In this document: one piece after another, positions 50,325 to 62,879 of the stretch | How the letters are laid out: each line of letters opens with the position of its first letter | Position numbering within the stretch: the stretch's first letter is position 1 | Assembly: GCA_964464595.1 (NCBI GenBank) | Contig: CAYXGW010000002.1 | Location: 69,408-133,407 of the forward strand | Source: an uncultured Deferribacteres bacterium | Lineage (GTDB): Bacteria; Zhuqueibacterota; JdFR-76; DREG01 | Length of the DNA stretch: 64,000 nucleotides | Direction: 5' to 3' | The notes under the pieces: model-generated | What the model saw: the letters and a program-made list of their open reading frames with translations, nothing else | Databases searched by the model: none | Told to the model about the DNA's origin: nothing | Position numbers and translations under genes: made by a program

Positions 50325-51350
50325 CTAGGATAAACCAGCCTTCAACAAATCATGTAAATGAATCATTCCGATAGGTTGTTTTTCTTCGTTAATAATAATA
50401 ACCTGGTTGATTGCGTTTATTTTCACAATATTCATCACATCGGTAGCCATCATGCCGGTTTTAGCGACTACCGGATGGGGAGATAAAATATCTCTGGCAC
50501 TGTATTTATTAAAATTAAGCTGCTTTTCAAGAAGCCGTCTTAAATCACCATCCGTAATAATCCCAATCAATTGATCATCCTCATCAATAACTGCAGTTGC
50601 ACCAAACCTTTTTGTTGTTATTTCAAGCAGAACCTCATGCAAAGTCGCATCTTCACGGACTTTTGCCACCCGTTTACCGGTAAACATTAAATCGTCTATT
50701 CTTAATGTTAACTTCTTGCCGATTACTCCACCGGGGTGCAATAATGCAAAATCCTCCAAACTAAAATTCCTAAGTTCGATTAAAGAAATTGCCAAAGCAT
50801 CTCCCATTGCCAATGTGGCGGTTGTGCTTGCAGTTGGTGCCATATCAAATGGGCACGCTTCCTCATCCACACATACATCCAAAACCACATCACTTCGAAG
50901 TGCAAGTTCAGACTGGGAATTACCGGTTAGAGAAATGATTGGCACACCAATCCTTCGAAAAATCGGTAATATTTGAGTTATTTCGTCCGAATTTCCACTC
51001 TTTGAAATACAGATAGTCACATCATTTTTCATGACCATACCCAGGTCACCATGAACACCTTCAGTCGGATGTAAAAAATAAGCGGCTTTTCCCAAACTGG
51101 TAAATGTAGCTGCTATTTTCTTTCCGATAATTCCGGATTTTCCGATTCCGGTAATAACCACTCTACCGGTTGCATCGTGTATAATTTTTACAGCTTCATA
51201 GAAATTATCATCGATCTTATTTTCAAGAACTTTTAAAGCTGCCGCCTCAATTCGAATTACCCGTTTACCTCTTTCAATAATCTCAGCTTTATCAGCAAAT
51301 TCAAAACGATCCAAATCTTCAACTTTTATTTTTGACAATTCAACGGGCAT
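50325..51350 (-). CDS. kdsD: Arabinose-5-phosphate isomerase (KpsF/GutQ; SIS + CBS)
   Basis: GIGKSG, HGDLG, EACPFDMAPTASTT, HPGG, GIITDGDLRR. Confidence 0.93.
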   Translation of the reverse strand: MPVELSKIKVEDLDRFEFADKAEIIERGKRVIRIEAAALKVLENKIDDNFYEAVKIIHDATGRVVITGIGKSGIIGKKIAATFTSLGKAAYFLHPTEGVHGDLGMVMKNDVTICISKSGNSDEITQILPIFRRIGVPIISLTGNSQSELALRSDVVLDVCVDEEACPFDMAPTASTTATLAMGDALAISLIELRNFSLEDFALLHPGGVIGKKLTLRIDDLMFTGKRVAKVREDATLHEVLLEITTKRFGATAVIDEDDQLIGIITDGDLRRLLEKQLNFNKYSARDILSPHPVVAKTGMMATDVMNIVKINAINQVIIINEEKQPIGMIHLHDLLKAGLS

Positions 51351-52008
51351 TTTTACCCCTATTCTTTTCTAATTTTTTCCAATCATTTAAAAATTTCTCA
51401 ATCCCAATGTCAGTAAGTGGGTGTTGAGCCAGCTGTTTATAAACGGAAACCGGAGCTGTTACAATATCTACACCCATAAGAGCCAATTCTAAAATGTGCA
51501 TAGGATGTCGAACACTAGCCGCTAATATCTGGCTGGGTAATTCGCTGTAATTTTGTAATATACGGTGTATTTGTGAAATCATTTCGATGCCATCTATTGA
51601 AACATCATCCAATCGACCAACGAAAGGGATAAGATAAGACACCCCGGCCTTTGCCGCCAAAAGAGCTTGTGTTGGAGAAAAAATAAGGGTAATACCGGTT
51701 GGTATTCCATCCAGTTCAAGCTTACGAGCCGCTTTGATACCCTCTTGTGTAGCCGGTATCTTTATGACCACTTGGTCTGACCATTTTGACATTTCATGAC
51801 CTTCCTCCAAAATACCGGACTCATCAAGTCGAATAACCTCGGTAAATATTGGGCCTTGGATTTCAGAGGCTATCTCTTCCACAACATCTTTCATATCTCT
51901 CCCTGATTTCATGATCAAAGTCGGATTTGTGGTTACTCCATCTGCAATGCCCAGGTTTTTAGCTTCCTTTATGTCTTTGATATCAGCAGAATCCACGTAA
52001 AACTTCAT
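51340..52008 (-). CDS. Small transaldolase/fructose-6-phosphate aldolase family protein with atypical donor pocket
   Basis: GVTTNPTL, VVIKIP (Schiff-base Lys), PFVGRLDD, AASVR. Confidence 0.9.
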   Translation of the reverse strand: MKFYVDSADIKDIKEAKNLGIADGVTTNPTLIMKSGRDMKDVVEEIASEIQGPIFTEVIRLDESGILEEGHEMSKWSDQVVIKIPATQEGIKAARKLELDGIPTGITLIFSPTQALLAAKAGVSYLIPFVGRLDDVSIDGIEMISQIHRILQNYSELPSQILAASVRHPMHILELALMGVDIVTAPVSVYKQLAQHPLTDIGIEKFLNDWKKLEKNRGKNAR

Positions 52009-52075
52009 ATTTTACTCTTCCTATTATTTTTTTCAGATGTAATATTCTAATAATCAAAGGATATTATTCAATGCC

Positions 52076-52154
52076 ATTTTGAATGTAGTGAGAATCTCAT
52101 AATGCTATCTTATTAGAATTCTACAAACCAGAGTTTCTTCGCTATGCTCAGAAT
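52076..52154. repeat. Degenerate REP-like hairpin between kdsA and the transaldolase gene
   Basis: attttgaatgtagtgagaatctc (52076-52098) pairs with gagtttcttcgctatgctcagaat (52131-52154) allowing several G.T pairs. Confidence 0.55.
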
Positions 52155-52157
52155 CAA

Positions 52158-52994
52158 CTAATCCATGTATTTTTTTGCAATCTGATCGAATTCTTTGACC
52201 TGGATTAAAAGGTCCTTTAATTGGTCTAATGGCCACATACTTGCAGCATCGCATTTAGCATTCTTACAATCCGGATGTGTTTCTATGAAAATAGCATCTA
52301 CACCTGTACTCACACCAGCCCTTGTTAATACAGGTACAAATCCGGGAGTTCCTCCAGAGGGGTCGCTGGAAGGAACGCCATAAATTCGAATGGCGTGAGT
52401 TACATCGAAAACGACAGGGTAACCGGTTTTCTGCATTATAGGAATAGATCGCATATCTACAACAAGATTATGATATCCAAATACACAGCCTCGTTCTGTA
52501 AGCAGAATTTTTTCATTTCCCGTGCTTTCGATTTTATTTACAACTTTTCCCATATCTTCCGGATGTAAAAATTGGCCTTTCTTAATATTAATTACTTTCC
52601 CGGTTTTTCCTGCTGCAACAGTCAGACTGGTTTGCATCGAAAGATATGCCGGAATCTGAATTACATCCAAAACTTCCGCAGCTTTTTGAGCCTGATTTGA
52701 ATTGTGGATATCAGACAGAATTGGGATATTAAATTCTTTTTTAACCTTATCCAGCATTTCCAGACCTTCTTCCAACCCTGGGCCTTGAAAGTACTCTACG
52801 GATGATCTATTATCTTTTGTAAATGAAGATTTGAAAATAAAGGGTATCTCCAGTTCTTTGCAGAGTAATTGAATTGTGCCGGCAGTATCTGATAGTAATT
52901 GCTGGCTTTCGATTACACAAGGTCCTGAAATTAAAACGATGGGTTTACCGCCACCCATTTGAATATCTTTTATATTTATAATCTTTGTGATCAT
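52158..52994 (-). CDS. kdsA: 3-deoxy-8-phosphooctulonate synthase (atypical motifs)
   Basis: SGPCVIE, KDNRSS, QIPAYL, KKGQF, ERG, DVTH, FIETHP. Confidence 0.88.
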   Translation of the reverse strand: MITKIINIKDIQMGGGKPIVLISGPCVIESQQLLSDTAGTIQLLCKELEIPFIFKSSFTKDNRSSVEYFQGPGLEEGLEMLDKVKKEFNIPILSDIHNSNQAQKAAEVLDVIQIPAYLSMQTSLTVAAGKTGKVINIKKGQFLHPEDMGKVVNKIESTGNEKILLTERGCVFGYHNLVVDMRSIPIMQKTGYPVVFDVTHAIRIYGVPSSDPSGGTPGFVPVLTRAGVSTGVDAIFIETHPDCKNAKCDAASMWPLDQLKDLLIQVKEFDQIAKKYMD

Positions 52995-53028
52995 ATAAAT
53001 ATTAAGCTCTATTAATCAAAATAACAGT

Positions 53029-55421
<2,393 letters not shown>

Positions 55422-55441
<20 letters not shown>

Positions 55442-55736
55442 TATTTTCCTGGGAGATTACTTTTGGCACACTAAAAAAGCCATTGACTTTCTTTGGAGCG
55501 TTCTTTGTAGCTTGTTCTGAAGTTAGACATTCAGCGGTTTTATCTTCGCGTGTTATATTCACAATATTTAACACGTGATGTGATGCTTCGACATTTTCCG
55601 TATCTAATTCATTCAATTTTTGTACGTAATTTAAAATATCCGCCAATTGAATAGCTAATTTTTCCTTCTCCGGAATAGTAAATTTTAGTTTAGCTAATTT
55701 AGCGATTTTCTCAACATCTTTAATTGAAATAGACAT
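55422..55736 (-). CDS. gatC: Asp/Glu-tRNA amidotransferase subunit C
   Basis: VEKIAKLAKL...ILNYVQKLNELDT...NAP...FFSVPKV. Confidence 0.9.
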
Positions 55737-55825
55737 ACATACCTTAAAAATATTTTACAATAAGACTGATCAATTTATGGCAATTCAGGGAGAATGTCAA
55801 GAAAAGGCATGATTTTTGTAAAAAG

Positions 55826-58084
55826 TTATAAATCGACAGATTTTGAAGAAAATAATACCTGTAAACGTGATGATAACCTAGTATTTCTTTCATGAACTTT
55901 GTTGTTTTTTATAGCCATTCCTAACGCTTTCTTGGTACCAATAAGTATCATTAATTCTCTTGCTCTTGTAACCGCAGTGTAAAATAAATTCCGTTGTAAC
56001 ATCAAATAATGCTGGGTTACGATAGGGATGATTACAACACGAAATTCAGAACCCTGGCTTTTATGCACTGTCGTTGCGTAAGCAAGTACTATTTCATCCA
56101 GATCGCTGAACTTATACTCAACCCGTTTTTCAAAAGTTATTGTGACCGTTTGATCTTTGAGATCGATTAATGTGATTTTTCCGATATCCCCGTTAAATAC
56201 ATTTTTGTCATAATTATTCCTAATCTGCATAACTCGATCACCTAATCGGAATTCCTGGTGACCTTTTTGAATCGACAACTTATTTGGATTTACACGAGAC
56301 TGCAGGAGTTTATTCAAATTTTCAACACCCAGAGATCCTTTATGCATGGGTGTAAGAATCTGGATATCATTGATCGGATTATAGTTGTATCGACCGGGAA
56401 GTTTCTTGGTACACAATTCTATTATCAACCCGGCTATTTTCCCAGGATCTTCTTCCTGAACAAATAAGAAATCTCCATAATCGTCTATGGGTTTAATCCT
56501 TTTATTTAGAGTGTTATTTGAAGAGTTAACAGGTTTATTCTTTCTTGTTAATTCAATTGTTAATCCCTGGTTTATGAGATGCGCATTGCGAATTATGTCA
56601 CTGTTTTCTGCTTGACGAAAAACTTGATCCAGGTTCACAACAGGTATTGTTTTAGATCGAATCATATCTTTCAAAACATTACCGGGACCAACAGATGGAA
56701 GCTGGTTGACATCGCCCACTACGATTAAGCGAGCTAAAAACGGTAATGCTTTTACCAGGCTATGGGTGAGTAAAATGTCTACCATTGACATTTCATCGAT
56801 AATTAACACATCAAGCTGCAGAAGATTATTGTCATTTTTACTGAATTGCCATCGGCTAGCGTCAAATTCCAATAACCTGTGGATGGTAACCGCTTTATGT
56901 CCTGTTGATTCGGAAAGTCGTTTGGCGGCTCGACCTGTTGGTGCAGCTAATTTAACATTTTGCTTAAGATTTGAAAAAAGATGAATAATCCCTTTTACCA
57001 GTGTGGTTTTTCCCGTTCCCGGCCCACCTGTTATGATTAATATTTTTTCTCGCAGTGCTTTTAAAATGGCTTCTTTTTGTTTTTTATTAAATTCAAAGCC
57101 CCGTTTCACATTCGTATTTAACCAATCCTCGAATAAATTACTGGAGAAACTTCGAAAACGAGCTTTCAACAATTTTATCATTAATTCGGCTGTCTCTATT
57201 TCTGCTCTATGCAAATACGGCAGATAGACTTCGTCTTTTTCTTCAATCAAATGACCTAATTTCGTAAGATCATGATAAACACCTTGAATCAATGATTTTT
57301 CTACTTTAAGTAACTCCGAGCAAGATACAAATAATTGTTCTTGCCGCAGAAATAAGTGTCCTTGATCTTTTGCCTGGTTTAAAATATACTTGATCCCGGA
57401 TTCTATACGGGCAGGCTCTGTTTCGCTGACTCCGATATTTTTTGCGATCTTGTCTGCCGTGAAAAATCCAACTCCAAAAATATCTTCAGCTAATTGGTAG
57501 GGATTTTTTTTCAGAACGGAAATTGACTGGGTGCCATATTCCTTGTAAATCTTAATGGCATATGTTGAACTGACTCCATGGCTTGCTAAAAAAAGCATAA
57601 CTTTTCTGATTTGTCTTTGGGATTGCCACGCATCTACAATTATTTGGTATCGCTTTCTTCCGATGCCTTTTACTTCTTTAAGGCGTTTGGCGTTTTCGTC
57701 CAAAACCGTCAACGTAGAAAGTCCAAATTTCCCGACAATTTTTTCCGCATATACGGGGCCAATCCCCTTGATTAGACCTGAGGATAGATACTTCTGAATG
57801 CCAATTATCGTTGTGGGTTCCATAGATTTGAATTCACTTACTTGAAATTGAAAACCATATTTTGGATGATTTAGCCATTCCCCTGAAGCTTGAATTCTTT
57901 CTCCTTCGTAAATTGTAGGCAGAAAACCGACTATTGTAACTATATTCGCTTTGGACTCACCAAGTCGTAGCTTTGCAATCACATAATCATTTTCATCATT
58001 CCGATAAGTAATTCTTTCTACGGCGCCAACTATAGAATTCTGGTTATTCAAATGATTTGCCATTTTCTTTGTTGGATTTGGCAT
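55826..58084 (-). CDS. recD2: RecD-like DNA helicase RecD2
   Basis: HPKYGFQF, HhH region GIGPV, TGGPGTGKT, APTGRAAKRL, DEMSM, YATTVHKSQGSE. Confidence 0.92.
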   Translation of the reverse strand: MPNPTKKMANHLNNQNSIVGAVERITYRNDENDYVIAKLRLGESKANIVTIVGFLPTIYEGERIQASGEWLNHPKYGFQFQVSEFKSMEPTTIIGIQKYLSSGLIKGIGPVYAEKIVGKFGLSTLTVLDENAKRLKEVKGIGRKRYQIIVDAWQSQRQIRKVMLFLASHGVSSTYAIKIYKEYGTQSISVLKKNPYQLAEDIFGVGFFTADKIAKNIGVSETEPARIESGIKYILNQAKDQGHLFLRQEQLFVSCSELLKVEKSLIQGVYHDLTKLGHLIEEKDEVYLPYLHRAEIETAELMIKLLKARFRSFSSNLFEDWLNTNVKRGFEFNKKQKEAILKALREKILIITGGPGTGKTTLVKGIIHLFSNLKQNVKLAAPTGRAAKRLSESTGHKAVTIHRLLEFDASRWQFSKNDNNLLQLDVLIIDEMSMVDILLTHSLVKALPFLARLIVVGDVNQLPSVGPGNVLKDMIRSKTIPVVNLDQVFRQAENSDIIRNAHLINQGLTIELTRKNKPVNSSNNTLNKRIKPIDDYGDFLFVQEEDPGKIAGLIIELCTKKLPGRYNYNPINDIQILTPMHKGSLGVENLNKLLQSRVNPNKLSIQKGHQEFRLGDRVMQIRNNYDKNVFNGDIGKITLIDLKDQTVTITFEKRVEYKFSDLDEIVLAYATTVHKSQGSEFRVVIIPIVTQHYLMLQRNLFYTAVTRARELMILIGTKKALGMAIKNNKVHERNTRLSSRLQVLFSSKSVDL

Positions 58085-58197
58085 GATGGTAAACTTTTAG
58101 AACTATCTTGTTTAGTTTAGAATGTGAAAGAATAATACCGATTACAAGGATGATGATTTCAGATTATTTTGACTGTAAGTTGTAAAGATATGAAAAG

Positions 58198-58545
58198 TTA
58201 CATTGCCTGGGATTGATTTTTAAAATACATCAACAAAGTAACCCCAAACAAAAGGAAAAACATAATCAAAATAAATCCAATCGATACCAATAATCCAATC
58301 ATTCCAATAATTTCTTTACCTGTATCATTGCGTGTGCGAATGAATTTCCAAATTACGGTATCATAAAACATCTTTCCGATAAAAATGATCAATAATGTTT
58401 CTCCAATGACTATACGAGTGAAACCTACCGCTACTCCATTCATTACTTTTGTTAATGGCAGCAATAAATAGATCACAAGAACCCATTTGCCAATTTCCCA
58501 GGTGTAAAGTCCAAATTTAGATTTCAAGATGAATTTTCCAACCAA
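58198..58545 (-). CDS. Hypothetical membrane protein (about 3 TM)
   Basis: Hydrophobic ORF overlapping the yraN 3' end; no family recognised. Confidence 0.55.
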   Translation of the reverse strand: MVGKFILKSKFGLYTWEIGKWVLVIYLLLPLTKVMNGVAVGFTRIVIGETLLIIFIGKMFYDTVIWKFIRTRNDTGKEIIGMIGLLVSIGFILIMFFLLFGVTLLMYFKNQSQAM

Positions 58546-58898
58546 AAGGCGTTTTCTATGTGATTGACTATATGTTTACTACCTTTAAAGATAACCGTCA
58601 CAATATCGAAGCGACTATCCTGATCGAATAGATCAAATTCCTGGTAGTAAGCCATGGCAATTTTCCCCAGTTGCTTTTGTTTTTGTTGGTTAACTTTGCT
58701 AACGGGCTGACCAAATCTGTCACTCGAAACACTCTTCACTTCGACAAATACCAGACAGCCGCCATCCTTTGCAATCAAATCAATTTCTCCACGATAACGA
58801 CGGTAGTTGCGTTGAATGATTTCATAATTCTTTTGAATCAGGAATCTTTCTGCGATTTCTTCCCCCTTGCGGCCAAGCAATTGGCGATAAGTACTCAT
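58524..58898 (-). CDS. yraN: YraN (UPF0102) family protein
   Basis: LGRKGEEIA, GEIDLIA, VFVEVK; ATGA overlap with rnhB stop. Confidence 0.9.
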   Translation of the reverse strand: MSTYRQLLGRKGEEIAERFLIQKNYEIIQRNYRRYRGEIDLIAKDGGCLVFVEVKSVSSDRFGQPVSKVNQQKQKQLGKIAMAYYQEFDLFDQDSRFDIVTVIFKGSKHIVNHIENAFWLENSS

Positions 58899-59515
58899 GA
58901 TAAAATCCAATTGAAAGATCTTCGATGAATTGGGCATGGACCATATTTTTCTATTGCTTTACGGTGATCTTGAGTACTATATCCTTTGTTTTGAGCAAAT
59001 CCATATAAAGGATATTTTCCATCATACTTAATCATCAAATTATCGCGTGTCACTTTAGCAATAATTGAAGCAGCTGCAATAGAATAAGATTTCAAATCGC
59101 CCCCAACTATTGTTGACATTGGAACTTGCAGGTCTGGTTGTTGATTACCATCAATCAATGCATAATCAGCTTTGCGTGGTAAAACATCCACAGCTAGAGA
59201 CATTGCTTTGAAAGTTGCCTGGAGAATATTAATCCGATCGATTTCAACATGTGGGACAATTCCAACCCCGATAGAAAACGCAGTTTGCTTGATTAATTTA
59301 AAAAGCTCTCTCCTTTTTTTATCATCCAACAATTTGGAATCTGTTACTTCCGGAATCATTTGATAGAAAGGTAAAATAACCGCAGCAGCGACAACAGGAC
59401 CAGCCAGGGGGCCACGACCTGCTTCATCAATTCCCGCAATTCGTTTATAACCTTGCCGGTCTAATTTATTTTCATAGGCCAAATTATCTATTACTTGTCC
59501 GGAAACCGACACCAT
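58895..59515 (-). CDS. rnhB: Ribonuclease HII
   Basis: GIDEAGRGPLAGPVVAAA, DSK, LIDG, SIAAASIIAKVTRD, HRRSF. Confidence 0.97.
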   Translation of the reverse strand: MVSVSGQVIDNLAYENKLDRQGYKRIAGIDEAGRGPLAGPVVAAAVILPFYQMIPEVTDSKLLDDKKRRELFKLIKQTAFSIGVGIVPHVEIDRINILQATFKAMSLAVDVLPRKADYALIDGNQQPDLQVPMSTIVGGDLKSYSIAAASIIAKVTRDNLMIKYDGKYPLYGFAQNKGYSTQDHRKAIEKYGPCPIHRRSFNWILS

Positions 59516-59674
59516 TATAATTCACCTATCCACTAAAACAGTAAACCAGAAATATAAATATTTAATTTTGATAAATTATGAATCGGATCAAATATAACGA
59601 GGTGAAACGGCTTTATCAAGCCTATTTTAAAAGTGGTTATTTGACAAAATTTATTCTATAAAAAGAAGGGTTGT

Positions 59675-60184
59675 TTAGCCGGATTTCAAGCCAACCTCTT
59701 TGATTAGTTCACTCAAATCATTAATGAGTCTTTCCAGCAAATCAAAACCAATCACAAATGAGATTGAATGGGTTTCATTATTTAAATTTCGATTTCGCTT
59801 TAATTCCATTCGGATTTTTGGAGTTACAAATAATTCAAAATATTCAATAACCTTCTCATTCTTAACCGGACTTTCGCTACGTAAAAGAGCCTGTTTGTTT
59901 TGATTATCTTTTTCAATAATTTTCAGGGATTCCGGTAAATATGTGATCCTTTCCGTAATTAGTTTTAATAGGGAATCAAACTTAACTCGATCCAATTCCT
60001 GTTTTAACTGGTATTGAATTGTAATATTGTTCAATTGTGCTGACAATCTTTCTACGTCTTCAAGAAAAACTGTAAATTCAAAATTATCTTTCTCACCAGA
60101 AACTCGAAATTGTCTTCGAACTCTTTCTTGCATAGTTTGAGCGTTTTGTAAAATCGTATTTACAAACCATCTACCTAAATCCAT
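59675..60184 (-). CDS. Hypothetical protein downstream of spoVR
   Basis: 169-aa ORF, co-oriented, 40 nt after spoVR stop, GGAGGT RBS. Confidence 0.7.
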   Translation of the reverse strand: MDLGRWFVNTILQNAQTMQERVRRQFRVSGEKDNFEFTVFLEDVERLSAQLNNITIQYQLKQELDRVKFDSLLKLITERITYLPESLKIIEKDNQNKQALLRSESPVKNEKVIEYFELFVTPKIRMELKRNRNLNNETHSISFVIGFDLLERLINDLSELIKEVGLKSG

Positions 60185-60224
60185 TGAATACCTCCAAAAA
60201 TTTCAAAATATTACTCAAACCAGA

Positions 60225-61736
60225 TTATAGTATTTCTTCTTTCTTTACTACCAGATCAGACGTTTTCTGAAGTAAAAAACTTTCACCATCAAAAGATAAA
60301 ACCCCGGGATTGCCATTAAATGTACTTTCAATCAAAACAGGTCGTGTCCATATTTTGTGTAAGTTTTTTATCGTTTCCTGGGCATATTTATATTGTAATT
60401 CAACACCATCAAAACGATGAATCAGATATAGCTCTCCCCTATTCTCATAATTTGCATTTTCAACTTCAATGGCCGGCTGACCTAAATTGGTTAAACTTGT
60501 TAACAGTTTTTTTTTAATTTTATTAAACACCCGGCTATCAATTTTATAAGCCTTATCCCGATTATCAAATTCATACGTGAATATTTTTTGTTCACGAACA
60601 AAATCTTCGGTTAGATAGGCATCAATAAATGTTACATCATTATAAAGCCTGCGTACTTCAAATATTTTCTCTATTCCCAAACCCAGGTTCATATCCCAAT
60701 TCATTCTACTTTTCAAATCGTCACATTCATCGAATTCTTTGCCAAATTTTCCTTTATCCCACCGATCTTTGATGTCTCTAAACAATTCCACCCCCAGTTT
60801 GTATGGGTTTAATTTCCCTGGGGAGGTTGCGACGGTTCCTGAATGATGGTCAGCATAATCGATAATATCCGCATCGGTTAAGATTTTCTCAGCCATCATT
60901 CGAGAATGCCAGTATGTTGCCCAACCTTCGTTCATGATTTTTGTTTGACCTTGGGGGGCAAAATAATATGCTTCTTCTCGGATGATGGAAAGAATGTCCT
61001 GTTGCCACTTCTTTATCGGAGCATATTCGATCAAAAATTGAAGGATATCTTTTCCTGAATGCTGCGGAAACACCCTGCTTTTATTACTTTCGTTTTCTTG
61101 TGCTAATTTCTGTTGTTCCAGAAATTCCTTAGGATTCACATAAGAATCCAGGTAAGATTTACTTTTCATTTTATGCACAATCGGATGTTGTTCCTCATCT
61201 TGCTCCAAGATATCTTTTGAATCTCTCCGAATGAATGGCGAATGATAATCAATGAGATTCTCGATAGTGAGACAGCTGTCTAAAAAATCCTCGACAACAT
61301 CATATCCATATTTTTCAATATAGCGACGAATTCTGGTGGCATGATTTGCCATCTCATCAATCATTCGACGATCCGTATGCTCAAACCAAAGATTATTTTT
61401 GAAAAAATCCACATGAGCGTAAACATGGGCCATTACGAGTTTTTGGTCAGATAATTTGTTTGAATTTAGCAAGTAAGCATAAGATGGATTGTTATTGATC
61501 ACCATTTCATAAATACGATGGAGTCCATAGGCATAACTTTTTCGCATTTGCTGGTATTCCATACCAAAACGCCAGTGCGGATAGCGATTAGGAAAACCAC
61601 CAAAGCTGGCCAATTCATTCATTTGCGCGTAATCCACTATCTCAAATATGGTTTCATATAAATCCAAACCATAACTTTCGGCATACTCTTTGATCTCAGC
61701 TTTAGCTGCCTTTAGTTTTTCAATGTCTAATGCCAT
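60225..61736 (-). CDS. spoVR: SpoVR family protein
   Basis: YPHWRFG, IYEMVINNNP, HVYAHVDFFKNN, QTKIMNEGWATYWH, NPYKLG. Confidence 0.93.
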   Translation of the reverse strand: MALDIEKLKAAKAEIKEYAESYGLDLYETIFEIVDYAQMNELASFGGFPNRYPHWRFGMEYQQMRKSYAYGLHRIYEMVINNNPSYAYLLNSNKLSDQKLVMAHVYAHVDFFKNNLWFEHTDRRMIDEMANHATRIRRYIEKYGYDVVEDFLDSCLTIENLIDYHSPFIRRDSKDILEQDEEQHPIVHKMKSKSYLDSYVNPKEFLEQQKLAQENESNKSRVFPQHSGKDILQFLIEYAPIKKWQQDILSIIREEAYYFAPQGQTKIMNEGWATYWHSRMMAEKILTDADIIDYADHHSGTVATSPGKLNPYKLGVELFRDIKDRWDKGKFGKEFDECDDLKSRMNWDMNLGLGIEKIFEVRRLYNDVTFIDAYLTEDFVREQKIFTYEFDNRDKAYKIDSRVFNKIKKKLLTSLTNLGQPAIEVENANYENRGELYLIHRFDGVELQYKYAQETIKNLHKIWTRPVLIESTFNGNPGVLSFDGESFLLQKTSDLVVKKEEIL

Positions 61737-61758
61737 AATTGATTTACAAATTTATAAT

Positions 61759-62865
61759 TCATAATCCTTTTCCAAGAAAATCTTTAATAGAATTCAATAT
61801 ATCATCTTTGGACTCTATTGTTGATAAAACCACTTTTTCCTCTGATCCCAGGTGGTTTTCCAGAAAGTTTATATACTCTCCGGAACCATAATCACTTTTT
61901 ACCTGACCATATCCAAATAAATTGCAAACGGGTAATAATTGATTGTTCAAAATGTCAATGCATTTTGAATTATCCGTTTCACCCCAATTATCTCCATCCG
62001 AAAACTGGAAGAAATAAATATTCCATTCATTGGGGCTATAGTCTTTTGCAATAATATTCGAACACAATTTGTATGCAGTTGAAATAATGGTACCTCCACT
62101 CTCTCTTAAAGTAAAGAATGTCTCCTTATTGACCTCGTACGCTGCAGCATCGTGGACAATATATCTTGTACTGATGCCTTTATAATTTGCTTTTAGCCAG
62201 GTATCAATCCAAAAAGACTCAATTCTAACGATTTCTTTCTGCTCATCCCCCATCGACCCGGATACATCCATAATGTAGAAAATGACTGCGTTGGTGTCGG
62301 GTAATTTGGTTTCTTTCCAGGATTTGTAGCGAACATCCTCACGTATTGGCACTACAATCGGTAAATCAAAATCATAACTTTGGGAAGAAATTTGTCTCTT
62401 TAACGCAGCTTTATAGGTCCTTTTAAAATGGCGTAATGATTCAGGACCTGTGTTTCGAATGACAGTGTACTTATCTTTTTGAGTTAATATATTACTCTTA
62501 CCTTTCGGTTCAATCCTGGGAAGTTTCAATTCCTCACCAAGGATTTCGGCGAGCTCTTGCAAACTAATTTCAACTTCCCGGATATGCTGGCCGGGACTAT
62601 CGCCTGCTTTGCCGTTTCCTTCACCATCCGGTTCAAATCCAATAGATGTACCTTCTTCGCCTTCCCCCTGCCCCACGCCACCGGCTTGCTTATAATCAAA
62701 TTTAAATCTTGGAGTTTCAATCTGAGGAATCGGTATACTCACCAATTCCTTCCCTTTTCGACCAATCAGTTCACCATTTGAAATGTATTTCGCAAGGTCC
62801 TTCCTGATGGTTCCTTTAACGATCTTGTTAAATCGAGCAACATCTTTTTCAATTTTTTTTACCAT
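61759..62865 (-). CDS. YeaH/YhbH family (DUF444) vWA-like protein
   Basis: [32 protein letters not shown]. Confidence 0.9.
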   Translation of the reverse strand: MVKKIEKDVARFNKIVKGTIRKDLAKYISNGELIGRKGKELVSIPIPQIETPRFKFDYKQAGGVGQGEGEEGTSIGFEPDGEGNGKAGDSPGQHIREVEISLQELAEILGEELKLPRIEPKGKSNILTQKDKYTVIRNTGPESLRHFKRTYKAALKRQISSQSYDFDLPIVVPIREDVRYKSWKETKLPDTNAVIFYIMDVSGSMGDEQKEIVRIESFWIDTWLKANYKGISTRYIVHDAAAYEVNKETFFTLRESGGTIISTAYKLCSNIIAKDYSPNEWNIYFFQFSDGDNWGETDNSKCIDILNNQLLPVCNLFGYGQVKSDYGSGEYINFLENHLGSEEKVVLSTIESKDDILNSIKDFLGKGL

Positions 62866-62879
62866 TGAACATCTCTACA

